Part shown: one piece after another, positions 29,601-44,600 of the stretch
Layout: each line of letters begins with the position of its first letter
Position numbering within the stretch: position 1 is the stretch's first letter
Assembly: GCA_965637545.1 (NCBI GenBank)
Contig: OZ281495.1
Coordinates: forward strand, 13,516,001-13,580,000
Source: Phallusia mammillata
Lineage: Eukaryota
Length of the DNA: 64,000 nt
Direction: 5' to 3'
Notes under the pieces: model-generated
What the model was told of the DNA's origin: nothing
What the model saw: the letters and a program-made list of their open reading frames with translations, nothing else
Database searches by the model: none
Made by a program: the position numbers and the translations under genes

Positions 29601-32600
29601 CACTCAGTTGGAGGCAAATGATTTCCCAACGCACGCGCCTTTGTAACCTGACTGTCGCCCATCCCGAGTACTGTGCCACGTTTCTGGCATTCCTGTGGCT
29701 TAAAACAAAATCCTGTCGTTGTGTCACCCTACATGGCTGGATAAATCGCGTCCTTTCGTTCAAAACAACCGAATGGGTTACTTGGCTTGATAGCGAGACT
29801 TCAAGGAGTATTTCATCCAACGCTTTTAGAGTTTTTATCCCAACTGCGGGTGCCCGATTAGAAATGTCGCCTCTTGTATTAGTTCCACTGCGGGTGGGAC
29901 TTAGTGGCATGGCACGCCCTCCAGTTCCTATTACATTTTTCAGTTAGAACAATTTTTTTGCGAGCTGTACGCTGCATGCACTAAAATCGGCCATTTAAAC
30001 TGTTGCTTGAAGCGTGAACATCTACGACAGCGGGACAAGATGAAAGGGAGTGGTGGCCACATTAAAGCAACCACAAACTTAGCTTTTTCGGGTTTGACTT
30101 CTTGTTGCCGTAGTTCATCAAGCGATCACAGAATACAGACCAGTGCGAGTATAAAGACCACTAGCCGGTCGCGCAAATTTGAACTCTCAAGATTTAAATT
30201 CCGTGCACTCGAGAAATGAGTTCAAACAGCGGTAAAACCCGTCAAAACACTTGACCTTAGCCGCTGGCAAACCCGTAAATGCGTTTGTTGCTAGCAAATG
30301 TATAAACCATGTTAGCAAACTGCCAGAGTGTTTCGTTCTGGTCAACGTGCTTATATTGTTCCACATTGATCTTGGATCTCGTTATCTAGTGAAATCTTCC
30401 ACCGTTTTCATGAGACATATGTGCGGTAGAACGCAAGAGGTAAAGATACAATCTTGGGTCGTGTTCGTGAACAAAGACTTCAGTCACCGGTATAATATTA
30501 TGACACATTTTTAATGCATCAGATTATACAGAATGTATGCCCGGGGTTATATAATGCCTATGAATCCGTCAAAAGCTTTCAAACATCGTCATCTCTATTG
30601 TATTACGTGTTGGACTAAATAATTCACTCACCTGTGTTTACATGTTGCTTTCAGCATAAAAATGTCACTTAAAATTCGCTTTCTTATTTTGACGCCTCTG
30701 TTTCTCAGGTCAGTACGGAAAACAAATAAGTCTAAGTGATTGAATCCTTATACGGATACATTGCAGCGTACTTTACATGGCGTGGTTTCTGCAGAGCTAA
30801 AGATACTCAAACCAGCTTGCAAGTTCTCGTCGGCAAAGACGAAAACCCACTATCTTGGGATATACGACCCACGTATGCGTAATATACACACACTGATAAG
30901 TCAGTGTACACAGCTTTAGGTAATTCTGCGAGATGTGTGTTGCAGCGATTAGCTCGTTTAGCGATTACTTGTCCCACCAACGAAGCTATAAGTTCCCGTA
31001 CCTTGATATATGCCTGGCAAGCCTTAATTCACCATCAATCGGGATGCAGTGTTTGGAGACAGAAGACGATCGTCAGTTACCGCGTGAAAACAAACAAGCC
31101 TAAGAGCTATATCTGATTGTGGCTTCGCGTTAATGGGCAAGTGGCAACTGCGATCTGGGATGATTAATTGCAATGCGATGGGTGGATTTGCCGAAAGCCG
31201 CACGGTAAAGAAGATTGCATATCGTCAATATCCGGTGTCAGGATATTTAAAGATTAAGCTGGGTTTGTTATTTGAATAAAGAGTATTAAAGTGATGTTTA
31301 CATACCAAAGACAAGAGAGAAATGGTTGTTTTAAGTTCAATTTGATGCAGTTGTTTACTAACTGTAAACTGTAAGTCAAACTGTAACTCGACGGATCTTT
31401 ACAACGTTAGAACGCAACCTTACTATTACAGGAGCTAATTTGGCAAAGAATAAGCATGACACAGCGCGGAGAAATAAATGATATTTTAAAATCACCAAGG
31501 AGGTGAATTATTCAAAACGTCCTCCTCACTGCCTGTATTACACGCTTACCACACCTCAGTTTTACTATCCACAAAAGAGGGAACAAAGCTTAATGGAGAT
31601 TTTAAAGTATTAGTTTCATTCAAAGAACCGTACATACGGCACACGCGCAGCCTTGCCTTGCACGCTTTTGTGGTTTCGCCAAAGTGCGTTAGTTGAGGAA
31701 TTTGCGTTGGCAAGCCATATCCCGTGGATCGCAGATGAAACCCAAAGCAGGACCAAAAACGTTGCTCGCGTGCTTTTGCGGCGGAATAACACTTGAAAAC
31801 CGGTGTCGAATTTCATTTCGTGCTGAGCTATAAATACGCTACAGGGTCACAAACATACTCGCATGCTTCTGAGTTGTCTGGTCTCAAAAAGCAGGTTACC
31901 ATGGTAAATATGGATGCGGGTGAATCAAACAGCTTCAGCGGCAGTCCATGATACGGATCATATACGACCAAGTGGTTGTTTTAACAGCCACAAATTTTGT
32001 TTTGCTTAGGCTGTTACTTCATTTAAAATTTGACCGCGTGTTTTAGAGAGAAGTGGATACATGTGACACGAAAGCAAGAAATAACAATGGGTCCTAAATT
32101 CTTTACAACAGAGCGTTTTCAATCACTTAAAAAAAGCTTATAGTGTCAGCACATTATAAATTACGGCTGTCTGCCAATTAGTACAGTATAGGTTGGTTTA
32201 GATACCGCTAACGTAACACATCTTTAAAATATCCTTTTTACAGCCTTGTTGTTGAGGACATTCGGGTCATTTTGAGATCACCACACGAAGATGTGTGTGT
32301 GTTTTTGAGGGCTGACTTAGTAAAAACACATCGTAGCTCAACGAAAAGAACGCTAAAACGTAAACACGCCTAAGTGAGTCTCGGCCTTTAGCGACGGACT
32401 TGCCTTTGACAACGGGACAATGCTTAGACTAAGGCGTGTTATTTACCCAATCCCCGAAATTCTGTGCATTCACAGCTTCACTATCGCTGCGATCAATGCT
32501 CGGTCCAAAGACCCTGGTCCCGTACATTTTCAGTCACTCGCATCCATTTACTGAGCAAATAAATAACAAAGGAGTCTCAACAAGAGGCCACCTACCCAGC

Positions 32601-35600
32601 AACACAGCCAGTAAATGGACTGCATCTGACGGTCGCGAAACGGTTGAATTTCAACAAACTGTTGTGTTGGGGCAACTGAAAGATTCCTGATGGACAGGTG
32701 TACAGTATCAGATACTGTGTGTTAAACAATTTCGTCAAAGTTGTCCCAAAGTTTTAGAAATTGCGTTTGATTTTCATTTGATTAAACCAAAAAGATACAA
32801 AAAGGCCTTGCAAGACACTTTACTATTTCGTCAGGTTAAATGCAGCGCTTGTTTCGATGCCCAGAGTTTTATAAACAACTTCAAAAATCGATCGTTATTT
32901 TGTGTTGAAACATGTCCCTATATTTTAATAGTGCTTTTCTGTGGAAATTTTAGCATTCATCCTAGGCAAAATTGACTGGTTAAAGACATACAAACGGCCT
33001 TCGCAGAGCAGTCAGCACAAATTCACGAAAGCTCGATTAATATATCTCACACAATTATTACCTTTCAATCAAGTACCGTACGTATTCTGACGGTGGCTTA
33101 ACGTCACCAACCCCTGACATTTTAAACAATTGTGCAACGCTAAATACATTTGCCATGAAAACCGCATGTCGCTGAACAAGGGTTAAAACCTGAAAGTTAA
33201 CATTGACAAAGTCGGCGGCAGAAAACCGCTGAATTCCGTGAACGATTAACAGAAACCGCACGCTATTGTTTTGCGCTTAACTGGCTCAACAGGGGTCACC
33301 TTCTACTTCACAAAAACACAATATTTTACCCTTTAAAATAATTTGCGACCTTTTCACCCCTCGGTATATATGCATAAGGTGTCTTGTAATACCAAGGGGT
33401 CAAATTTGGGTTAAGTAAACCTAATTAACACAGGGCAATGACTTGCACTTGCTCCTGACAATGACGCTGCAAGTACGAAGCAAACGAAATTGAACTAGTT
33501 CCGTATAAGTAGTGACGGAGACGAGGGTTTACCCCTATTGACCTAACTGGGGTCCTGTTTGGCGACCCGGGGCGCGATATTGATACAATGTAGACTTGTA
33601 ATCCTTAAATGTGTTTATTAAAGGTCAGGGTTGCGCAAGGTTTCATTAATCTCCCTTTAACTGAAAAAAAAACGTTCAGATTAAACATTCGGCAACACGC
33701 GGAGTTAAAATTTCATGAGAAAACCATCCAGTTGTTTATTCATCACAAACCTTATGCTATTACAACACAAAAGGAATAACTTTTTTCAACATTTTATTGC
33801 CCTATACTTCTGTGAAGTTACGCAAATGTGCTGTTGCACTGCGATTCCGACTAAAATTTAACTTGCTAAACCAACTGTAAAGCGGTTGGCCTGCAAACTG
33901 AAGTGGGCACATCCCAGGGTAATTGTGTTCACAGTGGAGAGGCTTGGCGTTTTGTCTAGCAACATTGGCGAGTGCCAAATAATCCGATTTCGGGTACCAA
34001 ACTCCACCGAGCCGAAACGGAATGGCACCAGTGAGCTCTGGTACCAATGCTTAGTCACTTTTGGGGTTCGCAAAAACCAACGCTCAAGTAATCGCATGGT
34101 TTGCATGTGAGGGTTAGGTGTATCAGCCGTGTAGGTAAACCACAAGCCATGACCCGCAGTAACAGCACACAACTGAAGAAAACCACATAAGAGAACCCAA
34201 GTCGGGTAATGAAGCTACTTGGCTAAAAGGACTTCTAAGGCAATGGAACTTTCACCTGGTACGAAATGTGCACCTACTTCACGGTGGGTGTGGGAAAGTG
34301 TGCGACAATAAACACGACACCACGACGATGCTCGAGAGACTAAACAGCAACAGTTGCAATTACAAGAGCCTGAAAGAATTTGACACATAAAACTGTTTCA
34401 ACGCTTTGCTTTTAACCACAGAAATGTCTTAGTGTTTTTACTGTCACTGCAGAAAACGTTGAAGATTCTACTCACTGCTAGTGAGATCCCTATTTAGTGA
34501 GAAGATGCAAAAAGTACACTTGAAAGAATTATGGCTTGCTGAAGTATTACCTCCACCCACACTTAGTAAAAGCTCATCCTCCAATAGGTAATAAATAATT
34601 GTTTACACTCGTGTAACCAAAGACGAGCACTACTGATAAAAAATAACTTAAAAAGTTAAATAACTCGAAATTTCCAAACTCAATACCATAAGTAAAACTT
34701 GATTCGCAACAAATTAAGTTGGTGTGTAAAACTACTCAGTTGAGACAAAACTCTATCATGAAACACACTTACCGGAGGATCGAGGACTTCAATGTCATTG
34801 GCGAAAGAGCATGACTGCTGGAGAAGCAGAAGAACCACGGGAAACCACTTCATAATTTAACACCACACACTTACAAGAAAAAAATTACTGAACAGTTTTT
34901 CTTTTTATCAAACCTATCTATTCATTTACGAGAGAGTACTTCAATACATAAACCTTCAAAAATAAACTTTATTTTTAAACGAAAATCCAAAATTCCGAAC
35001 AGCATTTGTATTGTTGACTATATAACTTAGATAACACATTTTGCCGCAAAATTGCTGGTTGTCATGTAAATCACAACAAGCGCCCGCTTCCTATGAATTT
35101 AAATTCAACCACAGGACCACATACGTCGCTGTCCCACTAATTACACCTTATCTGACGTCAACGTGTCCGAGGCCAGAGCGCTTGCTTGCAACTTGATATC
35201 GCAGTTGAAAACAAATGTGATCCTACTAATATAACTAGCAACTATAGTCACAGCCTTATGCATTTGCCTTACTACTTCGTGCTTGCCTTTCTGTAAGCCG
35301 CAAGTAAATAAGCGGACATGCAGAGACACAATGTGGGCAGTATTTTAAATCGCGTGCTTATCGAAATCCCAAAACAGCGCCCCAAATTGCTACCTTGATC
35401 GGAGGGGATGACTGAATAACAACCGACACGGTCTCGTTTTTTACGGTTTATTGGGAAGCAAGGTGAGCCGTAATTTAGGCCAGGTGCGGTTTCAGTGTCG
35501 CTGTGAATGTCGAAAATAACCAAGGTGATATTTTTTTGCGACTGGGAAGTAGCACAGGTGCGGTATGCACGTAAACTGGGCAAAATTGACTTCAACTCCA

Positions 35601-38600
35601 GATTAAAATGTCAACCACCGAAAGTGTCGTTAAACTTCGCTTTCAAATAGCCTTTCCTGCGGCAATAAACTGACTATTTTATGTGTATTTTCGCTTTTAC
35701 CAAAGGGAAACCATATTTGCGAAGGGTCGTGAAGGTTCGCTTACAAATCCACATCAGTTTGTGGCTGGAAAATTGCCTACCTGACGCATTTAAATGAAGT
35801 TAAAATTACACGTAAATGTGGCGTAAGGGTTTCGGAATCCTTTTTCACCGAATTGTACAGCGCCTAATTTGAAACGAGGGAGCCTTAGTCTTACATTCCA
35901 TTAGCCTGCATCACATCTGAAATGGTCGCGTTAAGTTTGGTATCAGATTGCCAACCCCTACTTAATTGAAAGCCGAGACAGAGAACCCAATTAGCATTTC
36001 CCTTGTGCCCGCTTGGATGTGTATGCCAAGTGTGGTGCGCGAATTGACGATCTTTATGGAGCCTAAGTGCGTCCGGTTTTCGCAGTTTTGCCAAAGCTTT
36101 GTGACATTGCCAAAGGGATGTGCGAAAAGAATGTTGCAATTTGTTTTTAGAAACATTGCCAAGACATAGTCAAACAAATTAAAAAAATCTTCACTTACAA
36201 AGTTTTTGTTTTATTTTTGCTGAAGGACTTTATATGCGCAAAGTAGGAAGTTGGCAATTTAAAAAGGAATTTTCGATTATTCGACGTATTTGAGTTTTAC
36301 TACAACGACACTATATGCAAAATCAATCTTGTATTGCTCACAACTCACATTCAAATGGCGCATCTGGAGCAAGATGCAGAATTCTCTCTTTGACTTGGAA
36401 CTGCCCCAGCCACTAATTGATGCTGATTTAATTACCGTCGTATTGGCTCTGACGATAGTCTATATTTGTCAATGTTTTCATCCAAGGGCCAACTCGAACT
36501 ATCTGTATGGCTATTTGGCAATTTAGGAACGGTAAATTATTCAAGTTACACACTGTTTTCACAAGTAAAACACATAAAAAAGCATTGTCGCAGCAAGGTA
36601 ATTGCTTGTGTTTTTAGACCTTAATACTTGCTTCCTTTTCAAGGCGCTGGAATAGTTAATTTCTTGAGCAAGGTGATGTAATCGTATTCTATTTTTAGTG
36701 TCCTCCGTCAGTCAAATACAAAGCAGCCACTTTATCAACACAAGGCTTTGGTAAAACTCGAAATCAAAATGCGGAAACGGCGGACGGTGGCTAAAAATGA
36801 CGCAATCTACATGTCAAACAGGCGACATGACTATCACACTCCAAGTTACGTCAATTTGGGAGGGCAATAGGTAACCAGATCACTTAATCTTCGCTTCCTA
36901 CGTTGTACTTCACACAAGACTCGTAGATCAAAGCACGGTCAAACTGAACATTACGCATTGAAAACGAGCCGGGCCAATGGCAACAAGGTTTGTCGGTCGC
37001 TCTTAGAAATCCAGTGATGTGGTTTTACTTGGATCACGCACAGCAATTTACGCCGTCAACCAAACTTGTTATTGTTGTTGCAACGCTGGCTGGCCTAGAT
37101 ACGTTTACGCGTGTACATCGACAGAGTAAATATCAGTGGTGCACTGAATGGTGTAAAATTCGGCACTCGTAAATTGGGTGATGCTTCCTAAACAAGCCAC
37201 CTACTTACGGGAAAATTTACACCAGGAACGTGTACAGAAATCCGTTATGGATACGTTAGTTTAAAAGCTTACTTGACAGTCAAAATATTGCTGCAGAATG
37301 GTAGTACACAAACCTGACCTCAAATGTGAACAGCAAACAGCCTGAATCCATCAAAACCTCGCACATGCGTCTTTGTTGTAAAGTTTCTGCACTTTAAGCT
37401 GTACTAAATATGGTTGTATTACTGCTTTGAGTTCTCGCATGCCTGGGAAGGTCGCATTACGAGGGCACACCCAGTTATTGACATGGCAGATTGCCCGTAA
37501 ACTTACACTATCAACACGATCCTGCGACATGCTCTATCGATTTACAGCGCTTTTCTGATGGTCTCAATTCACCTTCGTCAATTTTTCATCTCCTTTTTCG
37601 CTTGCTTTAATGTCTTTGATCAGAAACAAAAATAGGTCAAACGTAGCGAGTTACTTTATTTTACTGAATTTTTTACACCGGTGCCGCAAACGCAACCTTA
37701 TATTATAGACAGGTTTGCGATTTTTAGACTAGTTACAGCAGTGTATCGTCAAACTTCTCGTAATGTCTCACAAATATTAAAAAGTTTTCAACCCATTTTG
37801 AGTCGCTCCCTCGGCCTTCCATTCCAGCTGACCTAAACCGTTTCCAGCACGGACAATGCCCATGCCGCAAATGTTAACATACTCGCCAAGTACACCGCCG
37901 ACATCAAACAGTTTGCAGATTATTAACTCAACAACCTAAAAAAAAGTTCCTCCAGCTCAAATATTTGGAAACCAATAAACTTCAATTGTGGTTACACACC
38001 CTATCTGAACGAATCCACTGTAAGATCCTAAAATCTGAAAACTATCCATTAAAGGAACTAATATCACAACGCGGGCCAAGACTGGGTCTAACCTCGAGAT
38101 CAAGTTCTAACTTTGGCGGCATTTCGAGTGAGCAGCGGTCGCGGATCTATCCAAAATCGATTAGTAACTTACGTCAGTGAGCCCTTGGCCACCCCTGAAG
38201 CCGGAAAAATCGCACTATTAATAATTGAAAAAAACAAACCGGGCAGCAGCGGCGGCGTCTCAGGTATTAACGCCAGAGCGTCATTGAACGCCCTTGGAAT
38301 CGTCAAGTGCGAGCGGCTGGCGGTTAAGAGCGCCCTAATGGAGTTCGCAAACAAAACCAACCAGTCCATGCTTTATGTTTGCCCTGGATCCCACAAAAAT
38401 CTATTAACAAAGTGCTTCTCAGCAAAACGTTTTCTGACGATAAACTTAAAGCTGTCAAACCATGACAAATCGCCATATGTTCTGCAACTGTAACGGACTT
38501 CACGCAATATTGCTTTTATGCAAGGTTTGTTTCATATTCCGCATTCCAGTTTTTAATGCTGGAGTGTGTTTTGCAAACATCGGTTTTGAACCACACCGGC

Positions 38601-41600
38601 GCAAAGTTCTATTCCGCGCATTAAAAAGCCACAATGCCTTTACATATTTTCTGCCACGTTGCACCAACTTTTTGGAGACTCCAACCCTATAGTCGGGCTG
38701 AGGCGGTTTGCAAGGACACTGTGGAATATCTGAGGCCTTTATACGGAAGGTTAGGAAGTCACACTTTCTTCTTCTCGTGGTGTAAGTCTCGGGTGAAGAA
38801 AGGCGAGTATCACGACATACAGGAAGCCATTAGCAGTTTAGGCGAACCCCGGCGCTACGTCGGGTCACGCAAACCACGTGAATGCAACGTTCGTAGGGAG
38901 AAGAGCACATCAAACTTGGGGGCGATTATTATCTGTTACAAAGCGCGACTTCACTGACGTTTAAAATCTGTCTACGTATTTGCCCTGTCTAGCGAATTCA
39001 AAAGAAGTACACAGGGCTGTCAATCAATGAGTTAAAGTCAACGCTTCACGACAGCGTGTACACGAATTACATTTCCCTAATGTGGGGAATTTAAATGTCA
39101 AGTGCTTGCATTGTCTGGGCAAGGATGATTGTCGCGTAAGTTTTGACACAGACCTAATGAAATCTAGCGCAAAATTGTATCAGTTTATTTTAGCACAAAT
39201 AAAAATAACTCTTGTACAAGTTATTTATAATATTTTGTGGGGATAATTAGCCCGTGTTTTGTCTCAAAAATCCCCCCTTCTTATATCAACTTAGGACGCA
39301 ATTGCAAAATCTTAGGCTGTTTTGCAACACTGGAAACACCTTGAAACAACAACTAGCATCATGCTGCTTTTAGCTGAAGTCAAACACTTTCCTTTATCAC
39401 GTGACAATAAAGCGGAAACTATTCAAAAACACTCAGTAACAGCAAAGAACCATGAACTTGCACAGATGACGATCGTATAAGAGCATATTGCGCGAGGGTT
39501 TGGTAAATATTGGGGTTGTCGGTTCGAACCTCGGAGCAACCGCAAAACTGACAAAATACCTATCGCCTTGTCGCAAAGCAATAAAACAATCAAAATGCGA
39601 GAAAATCAAATAAGTCACATTTGAAGTTTGGTCGTCAATAAACAAAGCAGTTACGATCGCGTGATTTCGTAACTATCAGCCGTATTTTCTATCGCACCGC
39701 CCCGGCAAATCTTTTCGCAATCCTGAACAATGCCTTGCTTTGTTGCTCGTCAACTCGTTAAGTTCCGTCGGCAGCGGCGCCCGGGAGTCAATGATTAAAA
39801 AACCACACCGCAAAGATAAAAAACGAGGCTCGCGGTAACCACAATCTGCGAACAACAAGCCTTTCCTCCCCTAGTGATTGCCATTCGGAGTTAACTGTGC
39901 TAACCATGAGAACACGCCTGACCCCTCCGACCTGCTCTATTGCTGAACGAATTGAAAACCTTTCCAAACGGTTAGACAATTGCCTTTTTCTTGCGCTTCT
40001 CTCATTATGCTTTCTTTTCTCCAAATCTCTTCATCGAAAGCATGCAGGCGTTTTGGCAGAAGATTGAATTAGTAACATTTCTATGTTGTCGGGGCAACAA
40101 ATGTGCGATGTGTGCGAAACATATTTGAAGTTTTTTGTGCTATTACCATCAAACAAAACGATATTTTTGCGGTAGTGGTGCCTTGTTTCAAATTTTCATT
40201 CTCTTTCAAACGTGTTTGACAGTTTGTAAATGTCAACTTTGTCCGTTCGTTCCATCTTTTTCCAAGGATTTTTCATGAAAAATATTAGGGCTTACTAAAA
40301 AAAACTGTCACAAGTACACAAAAAATGTTTAAATTAACCAATTACTTCACCCACCTCTGGTGTTTTCCTACTTATCCTTAAAATCTAGTTATAGCGCAAT
40401 GGAGTCATTTGGAGTTAAATAACGTGGAAAAATTGAAAGACGAGATTCATGAGATAAAGATCAGTGTATTGAGAAAATTTAACTTTGTTAAGGGAGATTT
40501 GTTTCGAAACAACGGAATCATTGTGTCATGCAGATACGGTTGCTGTTTCGGAAACGCTGAATTATACACGGGTTAGGTCATTTGAAATGAAAAATAGACC
40601 AAGCAATCTGACCTTTGTTAGTTCTATACACCAAAGGTTCATCAAACAAAACAGGAAACCTGACCCGATTTAGTTTTCGGTCGTGATAGTTCGAATCTGT
40701 TGAAGTTTTGCTTTACTAATTTTTACGTATAGGTGTGTACAAAAGCAAATCGCACCCACGCGAAAAAAACACTTTTACCTCACAGCCTAATCTGACATTT
40801 ATCCACCTATCAGTACGCAAAAACTGAATATCAAGTGATTACCTGAATGGAAGAATTAACTTAAATGTACCTTTACGACTAATTGCACAGTCAGAACCTA
40901 TACAAACGGTAATCCCATTTAATAGACCTAATAATAAAGCAGCTTTTGCGAATTTGTCAAGGCCTTCCGAAATGAATGCAGCTAAAGCAAGGTTCTTCAA
41001 AAAAACAGGTCATAAAAGGACTGTTTCCATCAACGCAATCAACTACACAACCTTTGACTTATCAGATTTGAGATTACTTCTCGGTTACGGGCACCGGTAA
41101 GCCGCATTATCTTAAGCGGAGTTCACTGGAATTAGCGAAATCACGAAAATAAACTATAACGACAGAATACTGGATAGCTGTTTATGCATGTAGGTGTGCC
41201 GTGTTGATACACAAAATGTTAAAACACATCGTTTTCACCAAAGCCATTTCACATAAATTAAATATCATGAAATACATTTGTAAACATATGCAGTGAAAAG
41301 TCCAATGGCCCAAGCTTGTGGAAGACACGCCGTCTTGCGAAAGACCTAAATATATTTACAGTTCATTTAAAAGGACCAAGAAAGCATAATTAATTCGCTC
41401 TTCAAGATTGTATACATAAACAAATAAGGAAAAGCAAAGCTGCGCAAATATTCGAACCTTGGCATCTTGTGAGCTAACATTTTACAACTACAAATACATT
41501 CGTTTTGTGAAGTACGATTATTTACCATATCCCTTTACACACAAAAAAGCGTTTAGCCTAACACAAGCAAAACAGGGATATAGTTAACTGTGGTGTGTTA

Positions 41601-44600
41601 CCCTTTCCGATATTATATACCTGAAGTGTTTGAAGATGAAATAAAAACTATAACAGCAAACACGGATGAAATCCGATCTAGTGCTTAACGATACAACTAA
41701 GGGGGTAATGTTCTCAATTCTGGTACTACAAAGCGTTGTTGGGGGCCGTTGAAGTGTCGACCCAACGTTGGGAACAGGATGCTAGGGGTTAATCCTACTA
41801 CTCCTTGAACTTGCGGCATTTCGGGGGCGCACAAAAATCACAAACCGGCTGCAGTTTACCACTTATCGCTCGTCAGACTGCTGCAAGACGAACCTTCAGG
41901 TTTAGAGCGATAAGGTAATTTTTCCAGAGTGTGTGTTTAAAATGATTAGAATCTTTGTGGTTTAGAAAAGAAAATGAGAGGATTAGTGTACCGATTTTGA
42001 TCCCACTGAAAACGAAAAGAAATCGACGGACAAATACCTTATTTTTTTGACGACTTTTGTATTGTTTTTTGTTGTAGAAAAAATCCTATTAAACCATCAA
42101 ATAAAAAAATTAAAAAATTGAATTTTTAATTCTAAATAGTTATATTATGGCATTTCACAGCAATTACGCCATTTAACAATATGGGCCTAAAACATTACAA
42201 GGCGTTTTTGAGAATACCAAATTTTACTCTTATGAACTAAAACCGGCTTTAACTTCCCACAGAAAACCGCCTATTAAGGAAACATATAGTTCAAAGTCGA
42301 CCTCCTTGATTTGAAATATCGTTTGGGAATACAGCGGACCAAATAAAACCACACCGTTTACAAAGCAACCGCTTAATCTTGGCGGGCATGAATGGAACCA
42401 ATTGTGAAGGAAGGAATAGGGTTGTAAATTGTAATGGTGTTATTAGCTGGAATTGAATGGCCTGTACGGGCTTACAACTTTTTCTGGTAATCATAAACTT
42501 GTTTGGACAGCTTTGGAATTTGTACAGTAGGCAAAATTTACTGAGTACTAAATGGGCTATAACATGTGTTTTTCGCACCTGAAATAGTTCAATAAATTGG
42601 GCATATTTGCTTTTTTACATAGTAGGCTGAAGGTCACAAAGTGCCAAGCGCAAGGTACAATGCAATTTAAAAATTTGGGTTAGAACACGTTTTCCCAGTT
42701 TTTCTATGTATACTGAGTATTTGTACAAAAAGGACACAAAAGGGAAATTCCGACATGAAATGAAAACTCGTTTACTGTTCTTTAATCAGTTGAGCGTAAA
42801 AGAAAATAACACTCACGATTTGGGTATTCACAGAAAACAGTGTCGAATAAGGTTGTCATTTAAATATAGAGATATTGTTTGATCTGAGAATCAGTATTTA
42901 AGGTCTGTGGAAATAATGGTTTCCTTCTGTTGGTTTTTGCGTCTCAAAACCATTATTTATTGCGGCGTTTGTTGTCCATGCAAAGCAATTACGGCAAACC
43001 AACACCTACACAGTGCCAGGTAGAAAGTTACCTGCTCTATAGTACAACATACCACACACTGCAAAACACGAGCCAAAAGCGCGCAGATATTTATACAGAC
43101 GGGCGCATCAAAGCGAAGTATGCAAACCCGCAACGGAAGTTTTTCACGCAACAACCAAATTTAATTTTTTGCCCACACAAATACGGCTATTTCAGGCATT
43201 CAAAACCTTGCTTGATTAGCTTTTAGCGCTTCACGATGCTTGTAATATCGCATCCACGCGACAGGTTAATTGACGGTGCCTGCTTAGACGGTTGCGATTT
43301 TCGCACGGGACGTGTTACTGAGCAACGCCGGGTACTTAAGTATTGGCAAGCAAGTGATAGATGTTGTGAGCAGTAGCATATGGAGAAAGGTGGCATGGGC
43401 GTAATGACTTTAGGTTAAGACTTGTGCGAAACTTTTGTAATTCGTTGTAGAATCTGTGAACAGTGACAGGCCACTTACAGAACACGGTTTAGTACAGCAC
43501 AAAATTAAGTTTTATTTCTGTTTTGGTGTTGGTAGCAAGCGTTTGAGAAACAGAGAAATGTTCCATATAAAGTTGTACAAAAATAGAAGCAAGATATTTT
43601 AACGAGCTAACGTATATCGTAACGCTTTAGAACAGATTGTTGTGTCAAATGACCTTAAAATGAGATTAAAAATACACCAAATTGGTCTCTCATCAAATAC
43701 AGCCCATTTTTAAGCGTACCATTCAGTGCCAACCCACAACCAGACGCTCAATCCGTAGATCGGAATCCCACATTAAAGACGGGAATCATAACCTGCCTTT
43801 CCACCGCCCATCACGTCGTGTGAACCCAAGCCAACTTGACGCAAATGTACGCTCGATACGACCAATATACAAGCCCCTCTCTACAAACCAGAACCGCAGA
43901 GGTTATTGTACGTGAAGTATAGCTTCTTAGATTTCTTGATTGGATTGAAGGCGTTTGGATGGCGGTAATTTTACCCGTTTAAGCTGAAACGTAAGTTTTT
44001 GACACAAGCTTTGGCTATCAGGCAAAGGGGATTGTGGTTCTAGCCGCATGGGAACATATTCTGCAAAAATTTCCCTGGCGCGAACTGTCGACAGTTTTCC
44101 CACGCTTAATCACGTGACAAGTGACATCATGGTTTGCGACGACTGCAAAACCCAAGTGCCTTAAACGATATGAACATCAGAAATGAGTAAGAGGTTTTGA
44201 AATCTCAAAAAAACCTGCAATTAACAGAATCATCTTGGGTGATCACTAAAGTCCCGGTTAAGAGTTGCACGCAAATAATAAAGAAAATAATAAATTAGAG
44301 TCATTCTTATTCCATTTTCCATTTTTTTTATGTTTTCTCCCTAACCACCGACGTGATCAGCAATTCGCAAAAAGTATTCCTCCCCAGTTTGTACATTACC
44401 ACTGTAGGCCTTGATCCAATAATAGGAAGCAGTACCGTTTGAGTGGGTTAAACAAGTTGTAGTTAACGTGGCACCGACCGTGAAGCAGAAAGACAAGTAC
44501 ACCAATAGGTGCTTGAATGGAGAAAGTGTTTCCTGTACAGTACTAGCGATACACATTCGGCCGCAACAAATACTTACTTGATTTATTGGCCAAATCCTAT

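Noticed and set aside
29503-29947. Overlapping 135-aa and 145-aa ORFs on both strands
   Set aside because: No domain signature. The nearby minus-strand donor at about 29415 has an upstream stop in the phase-0 frame.
15457-37911. 19/21 inverted match between 15457-15477 and 37891-37911
   Set aside because: About one or two such matches are expected by chance in 64 kb, and the match does not extend.
39511-39541. Isolated B-box-like GGTTCGAACC
   Set aside because: No convincing A box or cloverleaf.
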